From Longimicrobiales bacterium (lineage in GTDB: Bacteria > Gemmatimonadota > Gemmatimonadetes > Longimicrobiales > Gaopeijiaceae), in NCBI GenBank assembly GCA_965248195.1, contig CBDFIQ010000002.1, forward strand, positions 1,760,001 to 1,824,000: a stretch of DNA of 64,000 nucleotides, given 5' to 3'. A program made the translations under genes and the position numbers. Below the pieces are notes generated by a model. The model did no database searches and was not told the origin of the DNA. It saw only the letters and a program-made list of their open reading frames with translations. Shown here one piece after another: positions 41,420 through 51,033 of this stretch; within the stretch, counting starts at the first letter, position 1, and each line of letters opens with the position of its first letter.

Positions 41420-41791
41420 CTATCTTCCGAAATCGCTGTCAAAGTAAGGCGCAAAGGATGCGATAGCAGCTAAAGCAACACTCGTCAGGACGACGACTCC
41501 TACGGTCTTAAAGAGGCTGAAGCGCTGCACCTCTACTCGGCTGACATCACGCACGAGCAGATTTTCGGTGCCGAATCGCACTCGGCCGGTGATGATGGTG
41601 TCGCTCTCTATCGTCGCATCCCTCAGGGTCAGTTCCGTTCCGTCGCTCAGGACCACCCGAATAGGTGACGGCTCTTGTTCAACGATTAGCCGTCTTGGGC
41701 TGACAGTCGTAGGTCGCCAGCTATAACATGCGTTTAGCAGCATCAGAAGGAGTGCGGCTGTGACCCGCCGCGCTAGTGGCCGCATACTCAT
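41420..41791 (-). CDS. Hypothetical lipoprotein, paralog of 58053..58478
   Basis: Lipobox LNAC; SWRPTTVSPR…DVSRVEVQRFSLFKT; AGGAGG RBS. Confidence 0.7.
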   Translation of the reverse strand: MSMRPLARRVTAALLLMLLNACYSWRPTTVSPRRLIVEQEPSPIRVVLSDGTELTLRDATIESDTIITGRVRFGTENLLVRDVSRVEVQRFSLFKTVGVVVLTSVALAAIASFAPYFDSDFGR

Positions 41792-41849
41792 AGTGGGCCT
41801 CCTTCTAGCTTCGCCGCTTGGGGGATAGCGGCTGGATACCGACACGTCG

Positions 41850-41923
41850 ATGTTATGCTACGGGAACGTGAGCCGCAAGCGGAAACGCTACCGTCAGTAC
41901 TCACAGTGAGCGTGTAACGTTGG
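41850..41923 (-). promoter_or_regulatory. Shared upstream module with putative sigma70 promoter, copy 1
   Basis: ~49-bp block similar to 42508-42556, followed by TTGCGG-17-TAACAT. Confidence 0.5.
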
Positions 41924-41958
41924 AAAACGACCACCTCCGAGCGATGGGGGTGGCCGTC
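41924..41958 (-). terminator. Conserved hairpin/terminator repeat, copy 4
   Basis: Reverse complement of the 1791 hairpin, downstream of 42018..42443. Confidence 0.7.
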
Positions 41959-42017
41959 GCGCTTGACCCGGTCCTTCTTGATGGTGTTAGGCCACCGCCC
42001 TCGATCCCCAAGGTTCC

Positions 42018-42443
42018 CTACATAGGTTCGGGAGGAGCCAAGTAAAGCTCTCTCCTGATCACGTCTCTCATCGGCACAAACTCCTCCGCGGCAAGCTCCG
42101 CATACGGCCGCCCGAAGAGGCTTCTGGATGCTTCGTCATACGCCTGATCGCTGTTGCTGTAGTCCTCCCAGGACTCGTATGCAATGATCAGCAGGTGTGT
42201 CCCGTTGGCCATGTTCCCCGCTTGCTTGATCAGCATCATCTGACTGACTGCTCCGCCCCTTCGGATCACCTCCTCCGTAATGGGCTGGTCGAACTCCTGG
42301 ATCGCCTGGGTATACGCACTCTCCTGTCCGGGGTGCGCACGAAGCTCATTCACGGACCAGACATGACCAGCTTCTGCCTGAGCAAGCGCTACTTGAGGGG
42401 CCAGGAGTGCCAACGATACGACGAGCATGACGATACGAAGCAT
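42018..42443 (-). CDS. Hypothetical secreted protein (possible dimeric alpha+beta barrel)
   Basis: GGAGG RBS, signal peptide …ALAQ; AHPGQESAY…YESWEDY pattern. Confidence 0.65.
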   Translation of the reverse strand: MLRIVMLVVSLALLAPQVALAQAEAGHVWSVNELRAHPGQESAYTQAIQEFDQPITEEVIRRGGAVSQMMLIKQAGNMANGTHLLIIAYESWEDYSNSDQAYDEASRSLFGRPYAELAAEEFVPMRDVIRRELYLAPPEPM

Positions 42444-42481
42444 GAGAACCTCCAGAGCGGGATGTCCGATTCGCCCTGCTG

Positions 42482-42556
42482 AGATTATCGGACGGGGAAG
42501 GTTAGGCGCAAGCCGAAACGTTACCGTCAATATTCACAGTGGATTTGTAACGTTGG
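42482..42556 (-). promoter_or_regulatory. Shared upstream module with putative sigma70 promoter, copy 2
   Basis: Similar to 41875-41923; TTGCGC-18-TAATCT. Confidence 0.5.
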
Positions 42557-42716
42557 CCGAACCTGCTCGTATGGCGCGCTCCCCTCGCGGTGGTGATGCC
42601 ATAGCGCGGGGAGAGGCCGAACGTGACCTCAGTGGGAGCCATGCCCGTTTCGGGATATTCGCGGCGCACGGTCAGGCGGAACCTGTCAACGACAATGGGA
42701 CACTCTACGGGATTAA

Positions 42717-43724
42717 TTAGAGAGCAATATCCTGTGTGGTGAGGGAAGGGATGGGAGGATTGATGTAGACGGCCTCCGGGAGCGGTTTGGGCTTCGGCAC
42801 ACCTGTGACGAAGCGTTCGGGATGAGCGGCCCATGCTTCGCGGAGCACGGATTTCCTGCCGGCAATGACCTGATCGGCGTTCCCGAAGTGGACCTGCTCG
42901 GGGGTTAGCATCGAGATACCGCCATGGCGGTGCTCGGCATTGTACCAGCGGAAGAACGATCGACACAACGTCTTGGCCTGGCCCTGATCCCCGAACCGCC
43001 CGGGAAACGAGGGATGGTACTTCAAGGTTTTGAACTGAGCCTCGGAAAACGGGTTGTCATCCGACACCTGAGGCCGGCTCAACGAGCGAGTCACGCCGAG
43101 GTCAGCGAGAAGTTGAGCGGTGCATTGGCTCGTCATTGGAGCTCCCCGATCCGAGTGCAGGGTCAGGACCCGGGGCTGGACGCCATGCTTCAGGCAGCTC
43201 TGCTGGATCAACCGGCCGGCCAGGGCCGAGTTCTCCCGGTCCGCCACCATCCAGCCCACGACGTAGCGGCTGTAGATGTCCATGATGACGTAGAGGTAGT
43301 AATAGCTCCACTTCTTCGGCCCGAGTAGCCGCGTGATATCCCAGGACCACACCTGGTTCGGCGCCGTGGCCATCAACTCGGGCTTCTTGTACTCGGGATG
43401 GGTGCGCTGCGCCCGGCGTTCCTGAACCGGCACCTCGGAGGCCAGAACACGATACATCGTGCGTTCGCTGCACAGGTAGACCTCTTCGTCGAGCAGCGTG
43501 GCCACCACCTCGGCGGGTGAGCGGTCCACGAACCGCTCCGAACACAGCGTGTCGAAGACCTCGCCTCGTTCCGTCTCGCTCAATGCCCGGGCGGGCGTCG
43601 GGCGGGGCTGCCGTTGCCCGGTCGATGGGCCTCGACGACGGTAGAACGTCGATCGGGAGACCTCGAGAGCCGCGCACGCCGGTTTTACACCGACGTGCTT
43701 AGCCAGCTCATCGGCCGCCTTCAA
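42717..43724 (-). CDS. IS3-family transposase OrfB
   Basis: Identical to 11185..12192. Confidence 0.95.
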   Translation of the reverse strand: MKAADELAKHVGVKPACAALEVSRSTFYRRRGPSTGQRQPRPTPARALSETERGEVFDTLCSERFVDRSPAEVVATLLDEEVYLCSERTMYRVLASEVPVQERRAQRTHPEYKKPELMATAPNQVWSWDITRLLGPKKWSYYYLYVIMDIYSRYVVGWMVADRENSALAGRLIQQSCLKHGVQPRVLTLHSDRGAPMTSQCTAQLLADLGVTRSLSRPQVSDDNPFSEAQFKTLKYHPSFPGRFGDQGQAKTLCRSFFRWYNAEHRHGGISMLTPEQVHFGNADQVIAGRKSVLREAWAAHPERFVTGVPKPKPLPEAVYINPPIPSLTTQDIAL

Positions 43725-44170
43725 GAGTTCGTCCCGTCGTCGAGGCTTATCCCCAGCAGCCCCGCAACTTTTCCCTGCACGTCGATGATCAGGTGTGCCT
43801 TCCTGAGCTCATTCTCGAGCCGTGCGTTTTGCCGCTCCAGCTTGCGTACCTTCTCATCCAGCGGATTCCGCTCCGGCTTGCGGCCGCGTTTCTTCGACAG
43901 GGCCTTCAGCGACCCGCTATGCGCCGCCTTGCGCCACGTCGTCAGGTGCGACGAGTACAGGCCCTCGCGCCGCAGGAGCTGACCCACCTCGCCGGGCTCG
44001 GTGCACCGGTCCGCTTCTTCGACGATCCGCAGCTTGTACGATGGACTGAACCGCCGGCGTAGCGGCCTATCTACTACCTCCGGGTCCGCAGGAGCTGCCG
44101 CGCTTCGCTTGGCCTCCCCGATTCCAGGGGCACTACCATTCTCTTCCATTCTCTCTCGCAGTCCCAACAT
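43721..44170 (-). CDS. IS3-family transposase OrfA
   Basis: Identical to 10739..11188. Confidence 0.9.
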   Translation of the reverse strand: MLGLRERMEENGSAPGIGEAKRSAAAPADPEVVDRPLRRRFSPSYKLRIVEEADRCTEPGEVGQLLRREGLYSSHLTTWRKAAHSGSLKALSKKRGRKPERNPLDEKVRKLERQNARLENELRKAHLIIDVQGKVAGLLGISLDDGTNS

Positions 44171-44379
44171 GTTCGTTTTCTCTGCCTTCGCCCTACTCTA
44201 ATTCTTTGCGTGCTCCGTGTCTCACGTACGTTGGCAGAGAGGGAGGCGGGGATCGCATGGGCGTTGGATCGAACTGTTGAAGACGGCGTTTAGGTTCCCA
44301 CGAGAGCAATCCCGTGCGGTGAAGCTATGGGCGATGAGTGTTGAAGATGCCGCAATAGCTCTTCTGCCAGTGCGCCACG

Positions 44380-44554
44380 TTATCGATTCCTTCGTGTGGG
44401 TCCTTTTGCCCTTGCGATCACGAACGCGGCGAGTTCAGTCCAACGAACTAGAGACGGCTTCAATTCTTCGAGAATCTCGTTGGCAGTCGTGCCTCTGAAG
44501 GATCCCTTGTACCTCTTCGTTTTCTTTGCCTTGTACGCCGCTACAGCACGACGG
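44380..44554 (-). pseudogene. Possible 3' remnant of an unknown gene truncated by IS256-A copy 4
   Basis: Open frame RRAVAAYKAKKTKRY…RRNR* abutting the IS left end. Confidence 0.3.
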
Positions 44555-45930
44555 GGTAGTGTCCCTAGATTTGTGTAAAAGCGGATAAGCTGGACAGGAG
44601 GGAAAGAAAAACGGAAGCTCCTCTGTTGTTGTTCACTGTCACATGAACCCGGGAGTCCGGGTCTGCAGAGCAGGCTCGGAACCGGAGAGGAGCTTCCGAT
44701 GCAAGAGATTGTGGAGATCGGTCGGGCCACGCAAGACGAGCTACGCGATGATTTGCGCGAGCTGTTTCAAGGCGCGATCCGGCTGACGCTCGAGATGGTG
44801 CTGGAAGAGGAGCTGAAGGCCATGGTAGGTGCACGCCGCTTCGAGCGGGTGGGAAGCCGGAAGGACCATAGGAACGGCACATACCTGAGGCGGCTGCTGA
44901 CGAGCCTGGGGCAGATCGAGGTCGCCATGCCCCGGAGCCGGGACAACGGTTCGCCGGCCGACGTGATCGGCCGCTACCAGCGCAGGAGCCCCGAGCTCGA
45001 CGAGATGATGGTCGAGGCGTATGTGAGCGGCGTGTCACAGCGCAAGATGGGCGACGTCACCGAGGCGCTGATGGGCGAGCGTGTTGGGCGCTCGACGGTG
45101 AGTCGTGTGGCAAAACGGCTCGACGAGGCCGTGGAAGGGCTGCGCCGTGCGCCGATCGAGGGGCCTCACCCCTATCTGTACCTGGACGCCACGTTCTTGG
45201 ACGCCCGCTGGGCCCGCAAAGTCGAGAACGTGAGTGCGCTCGTGGCGTATGCAGTGGGCCCTGAGGGTCACCGACGGCTCCTGGCCGTCACGCTGGGCGC
45301 TGAGGAGTCGCAGCGGAGCTGGTCGGAGCTCCTCGAGCAACTCCAGGACCGCGGCCTCGGCGGTGTCGAGCTCGTGATCGCCGATGAGCACGCAGGCCTG
45401 GCAGCTGCGGTCCGCCGCTTCCTGCCCGAGGCACGCCGTCAGAGGTGTACGGTCCATCTGCAGCGTAATGTGGGGGCGAGGGTCCCCCACCGCCTACGCA
45501 AGCGCGTGGCGCGTGAGGTCTCGGTGATCTTCCAGACATCCGGACTCGCCGAGGCGAAGAAGCTCCTGGGCGAGTTCGGCGCACGCTGGAAGAAGGAGCT
45601 GCCCGAGGCCGTGGAGGTCCTGGAGCGGGGCTTCGGGGCAGCGACGCAGTTCTACGCGTTCCCCGAGGCGCACTGGCCCCGGCTGCGTACCACCAACAGC
45701 CTCGAGCGGCTGCACGGCGAGATCAAACGCAGGATCAAGGCCGCCGGCGCCTTCCCGGACCGGGCCAGCGCCCTCAGGCTCATCACGGCCGTCGCACTCA
45801 GGACCACACACGTCTGGGGCGACCGGCGTTACCTCGACCTCTCACTCCTCCAGAAACAGGAGGTCGCCCAAGCAGCCTAGCCGAAGGCGAGGAGCTTCCT
45901 CCGCTTTTACACACAAATCGGGACTTGACC
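44555..45930 (+). mobile_element. IS256-family element A, copy 4 (no TSD; one substitution seen at 45315)
   Basis: Same TIRs; flanks GCACGACGG / TTCTTAGCC do not match. Confidence 0.95.
44699..45880 (+). CDS. IS256-family transposase
   Basis: As 4263..5444 except ESQQS to ESQRS. Confidence 0.95.
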   Translation: MQEIVEIGRATQDELRDDLRELFQGAIRLTLEMVLEEELKAMVGARRFERVGSRKDHRNGTYLRRLLTSLGQIEVAMPRSRDNGSPADVIGRYQRRSPELDEMMVEAYVSGVSQRKMGDVTEALMGERVGRSTVSRVAKRLDEAVEGLRRAPIEGPHPYLYLDATFLDARWARKVENVSALVAYAVGPEGHRRLLAVTLGAEESQRSWSELLEQLQDRGLGGVELVIADEHAGLAAAVRRFLPEARRQRCTVHLQRNVGARVPHRLRKRVAREVSVIFQTSGLAEAKKLLGEFGARWKKELPEAVEVLERGFGAATQFYAFPEAHWPRLRTTNSLERLHGEIKRRIKAAGAFPDRASALRLITAVALRTTHVWGDRRYLDLSLLQKQEVAQAA

Positions 45931-46254
45931 TTCTTAGCCCCGATCCTATGGATCCTTGAACGGTGGAGAAAATCGAAAACGCAATCGGAGGGTGCTCTAA
46001 GAACACAAAAAGTCTTCGTTAATTTATTTACAGCGGTTCCTTACATAATGGTGTGTTTGATCCTGATTTTTTACAGAGAGTGAATTTGTGCATTCGTTGA
46101 GCTTAGCTCCGATGATCACCACCCCCAAACAATGTTCACTGAACATATAAATCCAACCCCACAAACACTCGCGTGGGGCTATAACATCCATAAGGAGTCT
46201 CTAGGGGGCCCATGGGGGGCAGTGGGTGGGTTTGAGGCGTGTGGGGCAGGGGAG

Positions 46255-46297
46255 TACTGTCGGTAGGAACTGTCGGTTACTGTCCGCTTACTGTCGA
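46255..46297. repeat. ACTGTC arm-type-like repeats (x4) inside right att
   Basis: TACTGTCGG, AACTGTCGG, TACTGTCCG, TACTGTCGA at 10-13 bp spacing. Confidence 0.7.
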
Positions 46298-46403
46298 TTC
46301 GAGGCGGCAGATTCTGACATTGACTGAGGCGGATAACGGCATATCGTGCAGCCCGCCAATGGTTTATGTCGTTTCTTGTCGGAATCCAGTACCTATTTGA
46401 ACT

Positions 46404-46459
46404 TGCCTCCTAAGCAGTAGGTCGCTGGTTCGATTCCTGCCGGGGACGTTTAGGGAACG
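46404..46459 (+). repeat. att duplication: 3' half of tRNA-Arg(CCT) plus 11 bp
   Basis: 54/56 identical to 38742-38797. Confidence 0.9.
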
Positions 46460-46488
46460 GGCACGCAGGTCCAGGCAGCCTCAGCCCG

Positions 46489-47526
46489 CTAAAACGTCGC
46501 GATCGGATTGATCGGCGAGCCCATCCCCATTTCGATTCTCAAAGGCGCCGCCGTGAACAGGAACTCGTACCTGCCTAGACTCCTGGCCACTTCGGCGAGC
46601 CGCTCGAAGTCGAGGTTGTCGAAGATCCCGGTCCCCAGCGAGACCAGCGCGAGCCGGTGTAACGGGAGACGCTCCTCGTCCGAGAACTCGTGGGGGAAGA
46701 CGTCGTTCCACATGTCGTGGCCGATGAACGACACGCCCCGCTCCTTCATGAAGTAGGCGACATCGGCGTGGTACCCGGCGACACCCTCCGAGGTCGGCCA
46801 GGGCCCCAGCGCTGCACGCCTTTTCCAGCGACCCGTGTAGAGCAGGATCACGTCACCCGGCTCGACCCGCACGCCCTCGATCTCTTCCAGGGCCTCGAGG
46901 TCCGCGGCTCGGATCGCGGTCCCGGGTTCGACCCACCCCTCAGGGGTAGCGTTGCCTGGCAGGAGCGTCGCGTCGAACAGGATGCCGCGCGTGACGATGC
47001 CGTCCTTCAGGGCGTTGATGCTCCCCCTCGGGCACCCACCCGCCGCCTCGATCTCCTCCATCGACACCCCGTTGTACCCCTTGCCCTCGTACATGATGTG
47101 GCAATCGACCGCATCGAGGTGGCTGTGGATGACGCCGTGATAGGTCCCGGTGTACTGATACTGGTCGGCGGCGCCCGTCTCGCTGACCCGCAGCACTTCA
47201 CGGTTCAGAATCGTGGTGGCGTCGAGTGCCGTTTCCTGCACAACATCGTGCGCGAGCGAAACACTTAGCCCTTCGGTCACGAGCGCGGCCGCGGCCCTCC
47301 GCTTGGCTGGCGTGATGAGGTTCGCTGCACCCAATTCGTCATCCGGTCCCCAGCGGTCCCAGTTCGAGAGTTCCTCCATCGCCCGCTGGTAGTCCGCCAC
47401 GGTAGCCATCGCGGGGTAGCCCTGGTCCTCGGTCTCGGTTTCGTTCTCGGCGCCACAGGCGATTAGTCCTGTGGTCAGCAGCAAAGCCGCCACGCTTCCG
47501 GCCCACCGCGATCCTTGTCGTAACAT
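46489..47526 (-). CDS. Cyclase-family (kynurenine formamidase-like) metallohydrolase, lipoprotein
   Basis: NWDRWGPDDELGAANL, HSHLD, GDVILLYTG, GSPINPIA; lipobox LIAC. Confidence 0.88.
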   Translation of the reverse strand: MLRQGSRWAGSVAALLLTTGLIACGAENETETEDQGYPAMATVADYQRAMEELSNWDRWGPDDELGAANLITPAKRRAAAALVTEGLSVSLAHDVVQETALDATTILNREVLRVSETGAADQYQYTGTYHGVIHSHLDAVDCHIMYEGKGYNGVSMEEIEAAGGCPRGSINALKDGIVTRGILFDATLLPGNATPEGWVEPGTAIRAADLEALEEIEGVRVEPGDVILLYTGRWKRRAALGPWPTSEGVAGYHADVAYFMKERGVSFIGHDMWNDVFPHEFSDEERLPLHRLALVSLGTGIFDNLDFERLAEVARSLGRYEFLFTAAPLRIEMGMGSPINPIATF

Positions 47527-47760
47527 GGTTCCTCCTTTTCGGCCGCCGCATCGATAGAGGGACGGGGCGCCGGACATAGCGCACTCGGGGATCACACCGA
47601 GGTCAACATCCTATGGGCATGCGGGTGGGCGCAAGCATCGGCACCGACTCTGCGAATGGGCCGGTGTGATAATGCGGCGCTATACTTTGCGGATCGGGCC
47701 GTTGGTGTGTCAGATTACGATGTGCCCGACTCCTCCCTTTTTTCCGCCTCACCCAACGCC

Positions 47761-48483
47761 ATGCCCATCTGCAAGCCCAAGACAAAGAGCCTCGGCCTCT
47801 CATTCCTGTTAGCGCTTACGGCGACCGCGATCGGCGTCGTGCCTCTCTCCGGTCAAACAGCCGATACGACGCCCTGGAAGGTCTCCAACGGACAGTTCGC
47901 TTCTGGTGTCGGCGGCATGTCCCTGGCGCTCGTTCCGATCATCTTCAACATCCACGGGGGTTTGCCGAGCTGCGCGCCTTGTGATCCTGCCACCCTTCCT
48001 GGCATCGATCGCTGGGCGGTTTCTACTGAGGGGTCGGCGTGGAACATCGCCAGCTGGGTAGGGGAATTCGGGCTGTTGGCGGGCACATGGTACGAGCTGT
48101 ACAAGCTGCCAAACGGGACCAAACACCTGGCGGCTTCGGTCGAGGCGGCAGCGTGGAACTTCGGCGTGACTCGCTTGGCCAAGGCGGTATTCAACCGAAA
48201 TCGCCCGGTCCTCTACACCGAGGATAGCATCGAGGCCCAGGAGAGCCTGAGCAGCCACCGATCCATGTACTCCGGTCACACTTCGACCGCGTTTGTCCTC
48301 GCCACTTCATACGTTCTGAGCATGAGCGACAAGAACGGCCTGGACCGGTTCTGGCCCCTCATCGCAGCAGCAGGCGTTGGGGCCATGCGCGTGGCAGCGG
48401 GCAAGCACTTCCCGACCGACGTCCTCGTCGGGGCTGTCGCGGGTAGCGGCACGGCGATCGTGCTTCACAAGATTCGCTTTTAG
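47761..48483 (+). CDS. PAP2-family phosphatase (start uncertain)
   Basis: KAVFNRNRP, SGHTS, RVAAGKHFPTDV motifs. Confidence 0.88.
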   Translation: MPICKPKTKSLGLSFLLALTATAIGVVPLSGQTADTTPWKVSNGQFASGVGGMSLALVPIIFNIHGGLPSCAPCDPATLPGIDRWAVSTEGSAWNIASWVGEFGLLAGTWYELYKLPNGTKHLAASVEAAAWNFGVTRLAKAVFNRNRPVLYTEDSIEAQESLSSHRSMYSGHTSTAFVLATSYVLSMSDKNGLDRFWPLIAAAGVGAMRVAAGKHFPTDVLVGAVAGSGTAIVLHKIRF

Positions 48484-48601
48484 CCCACCGGAATCGTCAC
48501 CTGGTCGAAAACATCAACCTCGCCACGGCCGACCTCCGGGCTATATATTCGAAATGCCTTGTTGTTCCTCCCTGTCGCCGTCAGCTCAATAAACTAAGGT
48601 A

Positions 48602-49684
48602 ATGCCCATGCGTCTCCGCCCCCGGCTTCGTTCTCGCACGCCTCTAGGGTGGGTGGCTCTTCTCATCACCTTGGCCGCCATGTCCGGATGTGACATCCCC
48701 ACGACGGCCCCCCTTATCGACGTCCGATGGGTATTTCCTATCGAGGATCAGTCGATTTCCGTGGTCGAGTTCCTTCCGGCCAGCGTGTCCGTCTCGGGTG
48801 GGAGCTTCCAGGTGGACGTGGCCCCGTTCGCGGTGGCCCAGACGCTCGGCGGGGTCTGCCCCGCGTGTGTTGCGCTCAATGGGCAGACGGTGCCCAAGCC
48901 CGCGTTCAACATTTCGTATAATGATACCGGCACGCTTCCGACTGATGTCGTGTCCGTGGAGATGGAAAGCGCGTCGATTTCCTTGGGCATCCAGAACGAC
49001 CTCAGCTTCGACCCCATTCGTCCTGCAGCGGCCAACCCCGGAAGCATGACCATCACCATTTACGACGGAGACATCAGTGGCCGTGTGCTCGGTCAAGTGC
49101 TGTTGGATGGGGCCACCGACGCCCTTCCGAGTGGCATGCTCACGACGGTCCCGCTCAACCTCGCGCCGGGCACCGTCACCCCGACGATTCTGGCCGTGGT
49201 CGATCTGAATTCCCCGCTGGGCGACACCAACGTTCTGATCAACACCGCCGCCGGCCTCGACATCGCGGTGACCGTGGGCACCATTCTCGTTTCGGCCGTT
49301 ACCGTCAACGTGGACGGTCTCACGGTCGATATCGACGAGACCCAGCTGGATCTGGAGGACATCGACGCCGACATCGTGTCCAACGTTCAGACTGGATCAC
49401 TGATCCTGGATGTTCAGAACCCGTTTGGGGTGGCCATCAGCCTCGTGGTGGAAATCGGCGGCCCCGGCATCACCACGATTCAGAGGACCCTGGACATCGG
49501 TAGTGGGCCGACGTCCTCAGCGACACTTTCGTACACGGGAGCCGAGCTCCAAACCTTCCTCGGCAAGCGGGGCGTGTTTTTCCGAGGGTCCGGTACCGTA
49601 ACCGGCGGACCGCTGACGGTTACACCGGATCAGGTGGTGGTGATCGAAGCCACGCTGGATGTCGAGTTGGAGATCGGAGGATGA
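48602..49684 (+). CDS. Hypothetical beta-rich lipoprotein
   Basis: Lipobox MSGC; ATGA coupling to next gene. Confidence 0.7.
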   Translation: MPMRLRPRLRSRTPLGWVALLITLAAMSGCDIPTTAPLIDVRWVFPIEDQSISVVEFLPASVSVSGGSFQVDVAPFAVAQTLGGVCPACVALNGQTVPKPAFNISYNDTGTLPTDVVSVEMESASISLGIQNDLSFDPIRPAAANPGSMTITIYDGDISGRVLGQVLLDGATDALPSGMLTTVPLNLAPGTVTPTILAVVDLNSPLGDTNVLINTAAGLDIAVTVGTILVSAVTVNVDGLTVDIDETQLDLEDIDADIVSNVQTGSLILDVQNPFGVAISLVVEIGGPGITTIQRTLDIGSGPTSSATLSYTGAELQTFLGKRGVFFRGSGTVTGGPLTVTPDQVVVIEATLDVELEIGG

Positions 49685-51003
49685 GGCAGCCTACACGGAG
49701 GTGCGGAGCGATGATGTCGAAGCGAGCAGTGGCCGCGTTGATCCTGTCCGTGGCATTGGGGGTGGCGTCGTTCCCTGGCGCGGCGTCCGGCCAACTTCCC
49801 TCCGCCGGCACCGCCGCACTCGGAACAGCCAATAATTATACGGCTTTGGCGCGGGGCTTTACCGCGATCGCCTTGAATCCTGCGGGCCTGGGCATGCCGG
49901 GAAATCCGGGATTCTCCTTCACGTTATTCCCGGTTCAGGCACAAGCGGGCCTGAACGCCATCAGCGTTGGTGACATCGCGGCGTTCGACGAAATGAAGAT
50001 TCCTGCGACGACGAAGGAGGAGTGGCTCCAGTCCGTCATCGGCGAAGGCGCTCTTACGGCACGAGGCGGCTTTAGCCTGACCGAATTGGCGCTCAGCACA
50101 GGGCCTGTCGGCTTGCAGATCTCGACCGTCGGAGAGGTGAACGCCTCCCTGGGTCCGGATGCTGTCGAGTTGGCCTTGTTCGGAAACGCCGGCCGCACGG
50201 GAACGCCAAGAGACATGACGTTGGCGGGTACGAGCGGCGACGCGTGGGCCGCGACGACGGTTGCAGTCGCGGTAGGGATTCCGTTGCCTGCTCCTGCTTC
50301 GCAGGGTGGAAGCTTGGCGGCGGGAGCAACGCTCAAGTACACCGTCGGGCATGTCGTGGCGGCAGTGCGGAACGAGGGCAGCGTGATTACAGCCAACCCG
50401 ATCGGGATCGACCTCACACTGCCGTCGATCGCGCCGGACAGCTTTACCGCAAACAACGGTACGGGCGTGGGTCTGGATCTCGGCGTGTCGTGGGAGGGCT
50501 CGACCTGGGCGTTGAGTGCCGCGGTGCAGAACGTCTTTCACACGTTTCAATGGGAACTCGACGAACACGCCTACCGGGCGGGCACCGTTTTCGCCAACAG
50601 CAACTCGACCGCTACTGATTTCGACGCGGCTCCGGTGGCGAACGCGCCCGCCGCACTCCGGAATGAACTCTTGGCCCAAAGCTTCGGGACGGCTCTCAAC
50701 CTGGGCGCCGCATACCGTCATTCGGACCGGCTCACCCTGACCGCCGACCTCCGAGCGGACGGCGGGGACGCGCTCGTCATTGGAGAGGGTTCACACATCG
50801 GGGTGGGAGTGGAGTTCCGACCCCTCCCGTTTCTGCCGCTGCGGGGAGGCTTGTCGCGCATTTCGGGCGGCGCCGTGCACTTTGCTGCGGGCCTCGGGCT
50901 GCAGCTGGGTCCGTTGCACTTTTCGGGTGCCTACCTCACCGAAAAGAACTCGGCAGGTGAGTTTCGAGCCGCGAGCTTCGCGTTGTCCTTCGGGCACAGC
51001 TGA
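49681..51003 (+). CDS. Outer-membrane beta-barrel protein (FadL/TraF-like)
   Basis: Signal peptide; ALG…ALARG…NPAGL hatch motif; GVGLDLG; amphipathic strands. Confidence 0.7.
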   Translation: MRQPTRRCGAMMSKRAVAALILSVALGVASFPGAASGQLPSAGTAALGTANNYTALARGFTAIALNPAGLGMPGNPGFSFTLFPVQAQAGLNAISVGDIAAFDEMKIPATTKEEWLQSVIGEGALTARGGFSLTELALSTGPVGLQISTVGEVNASLGPDAVELALFGNAGRTGTPRDMTLAGTSGDAWAATTVAVAVGIPLPAPASQGGSLAAGATLKYTVGHVVAAVRNEGSVITANPIGIDLTLPSIAPDSFTANNGTGVGLDLGVSWEGSTWALSAAVQNVFHTFQWELDEHAYRAGTVFANSNSTATDFDAAPVANAPAALRNELLAQSFGTALNLGAAYRHSDRLTLTADLRADGGDALVIGEGSHIGVGVEFRPLPFLPLRGGLSRISGGAVHFAAGLGLQLGPLHFSGAYLTEKNSAGEFRAASFALSFGHS

Positions 51004-51033
51004 GCCGGCACCGGAACCCGAGAACCCGGCCTG

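Larger units (their letters stand above)
42677..44243 (-). mobile_element. IS3-family element B, copy 3
   Basis: Reverse complement of copy 1; 3-bp TSD AGG at 42674-42676 and 44244-44246. Confidence 0.95.

Noticed and set aside
41315..42556. Classical integron attC cassettes
   Set aside because: The hairpins are short, lack RYYYAAC/GTTRRRY cores, and no intI is present
46404..46448. Second functional tRNA-Arg
   Set aside because: Lacks the 5' half and has a T-stem mismatch; it is the att duplication
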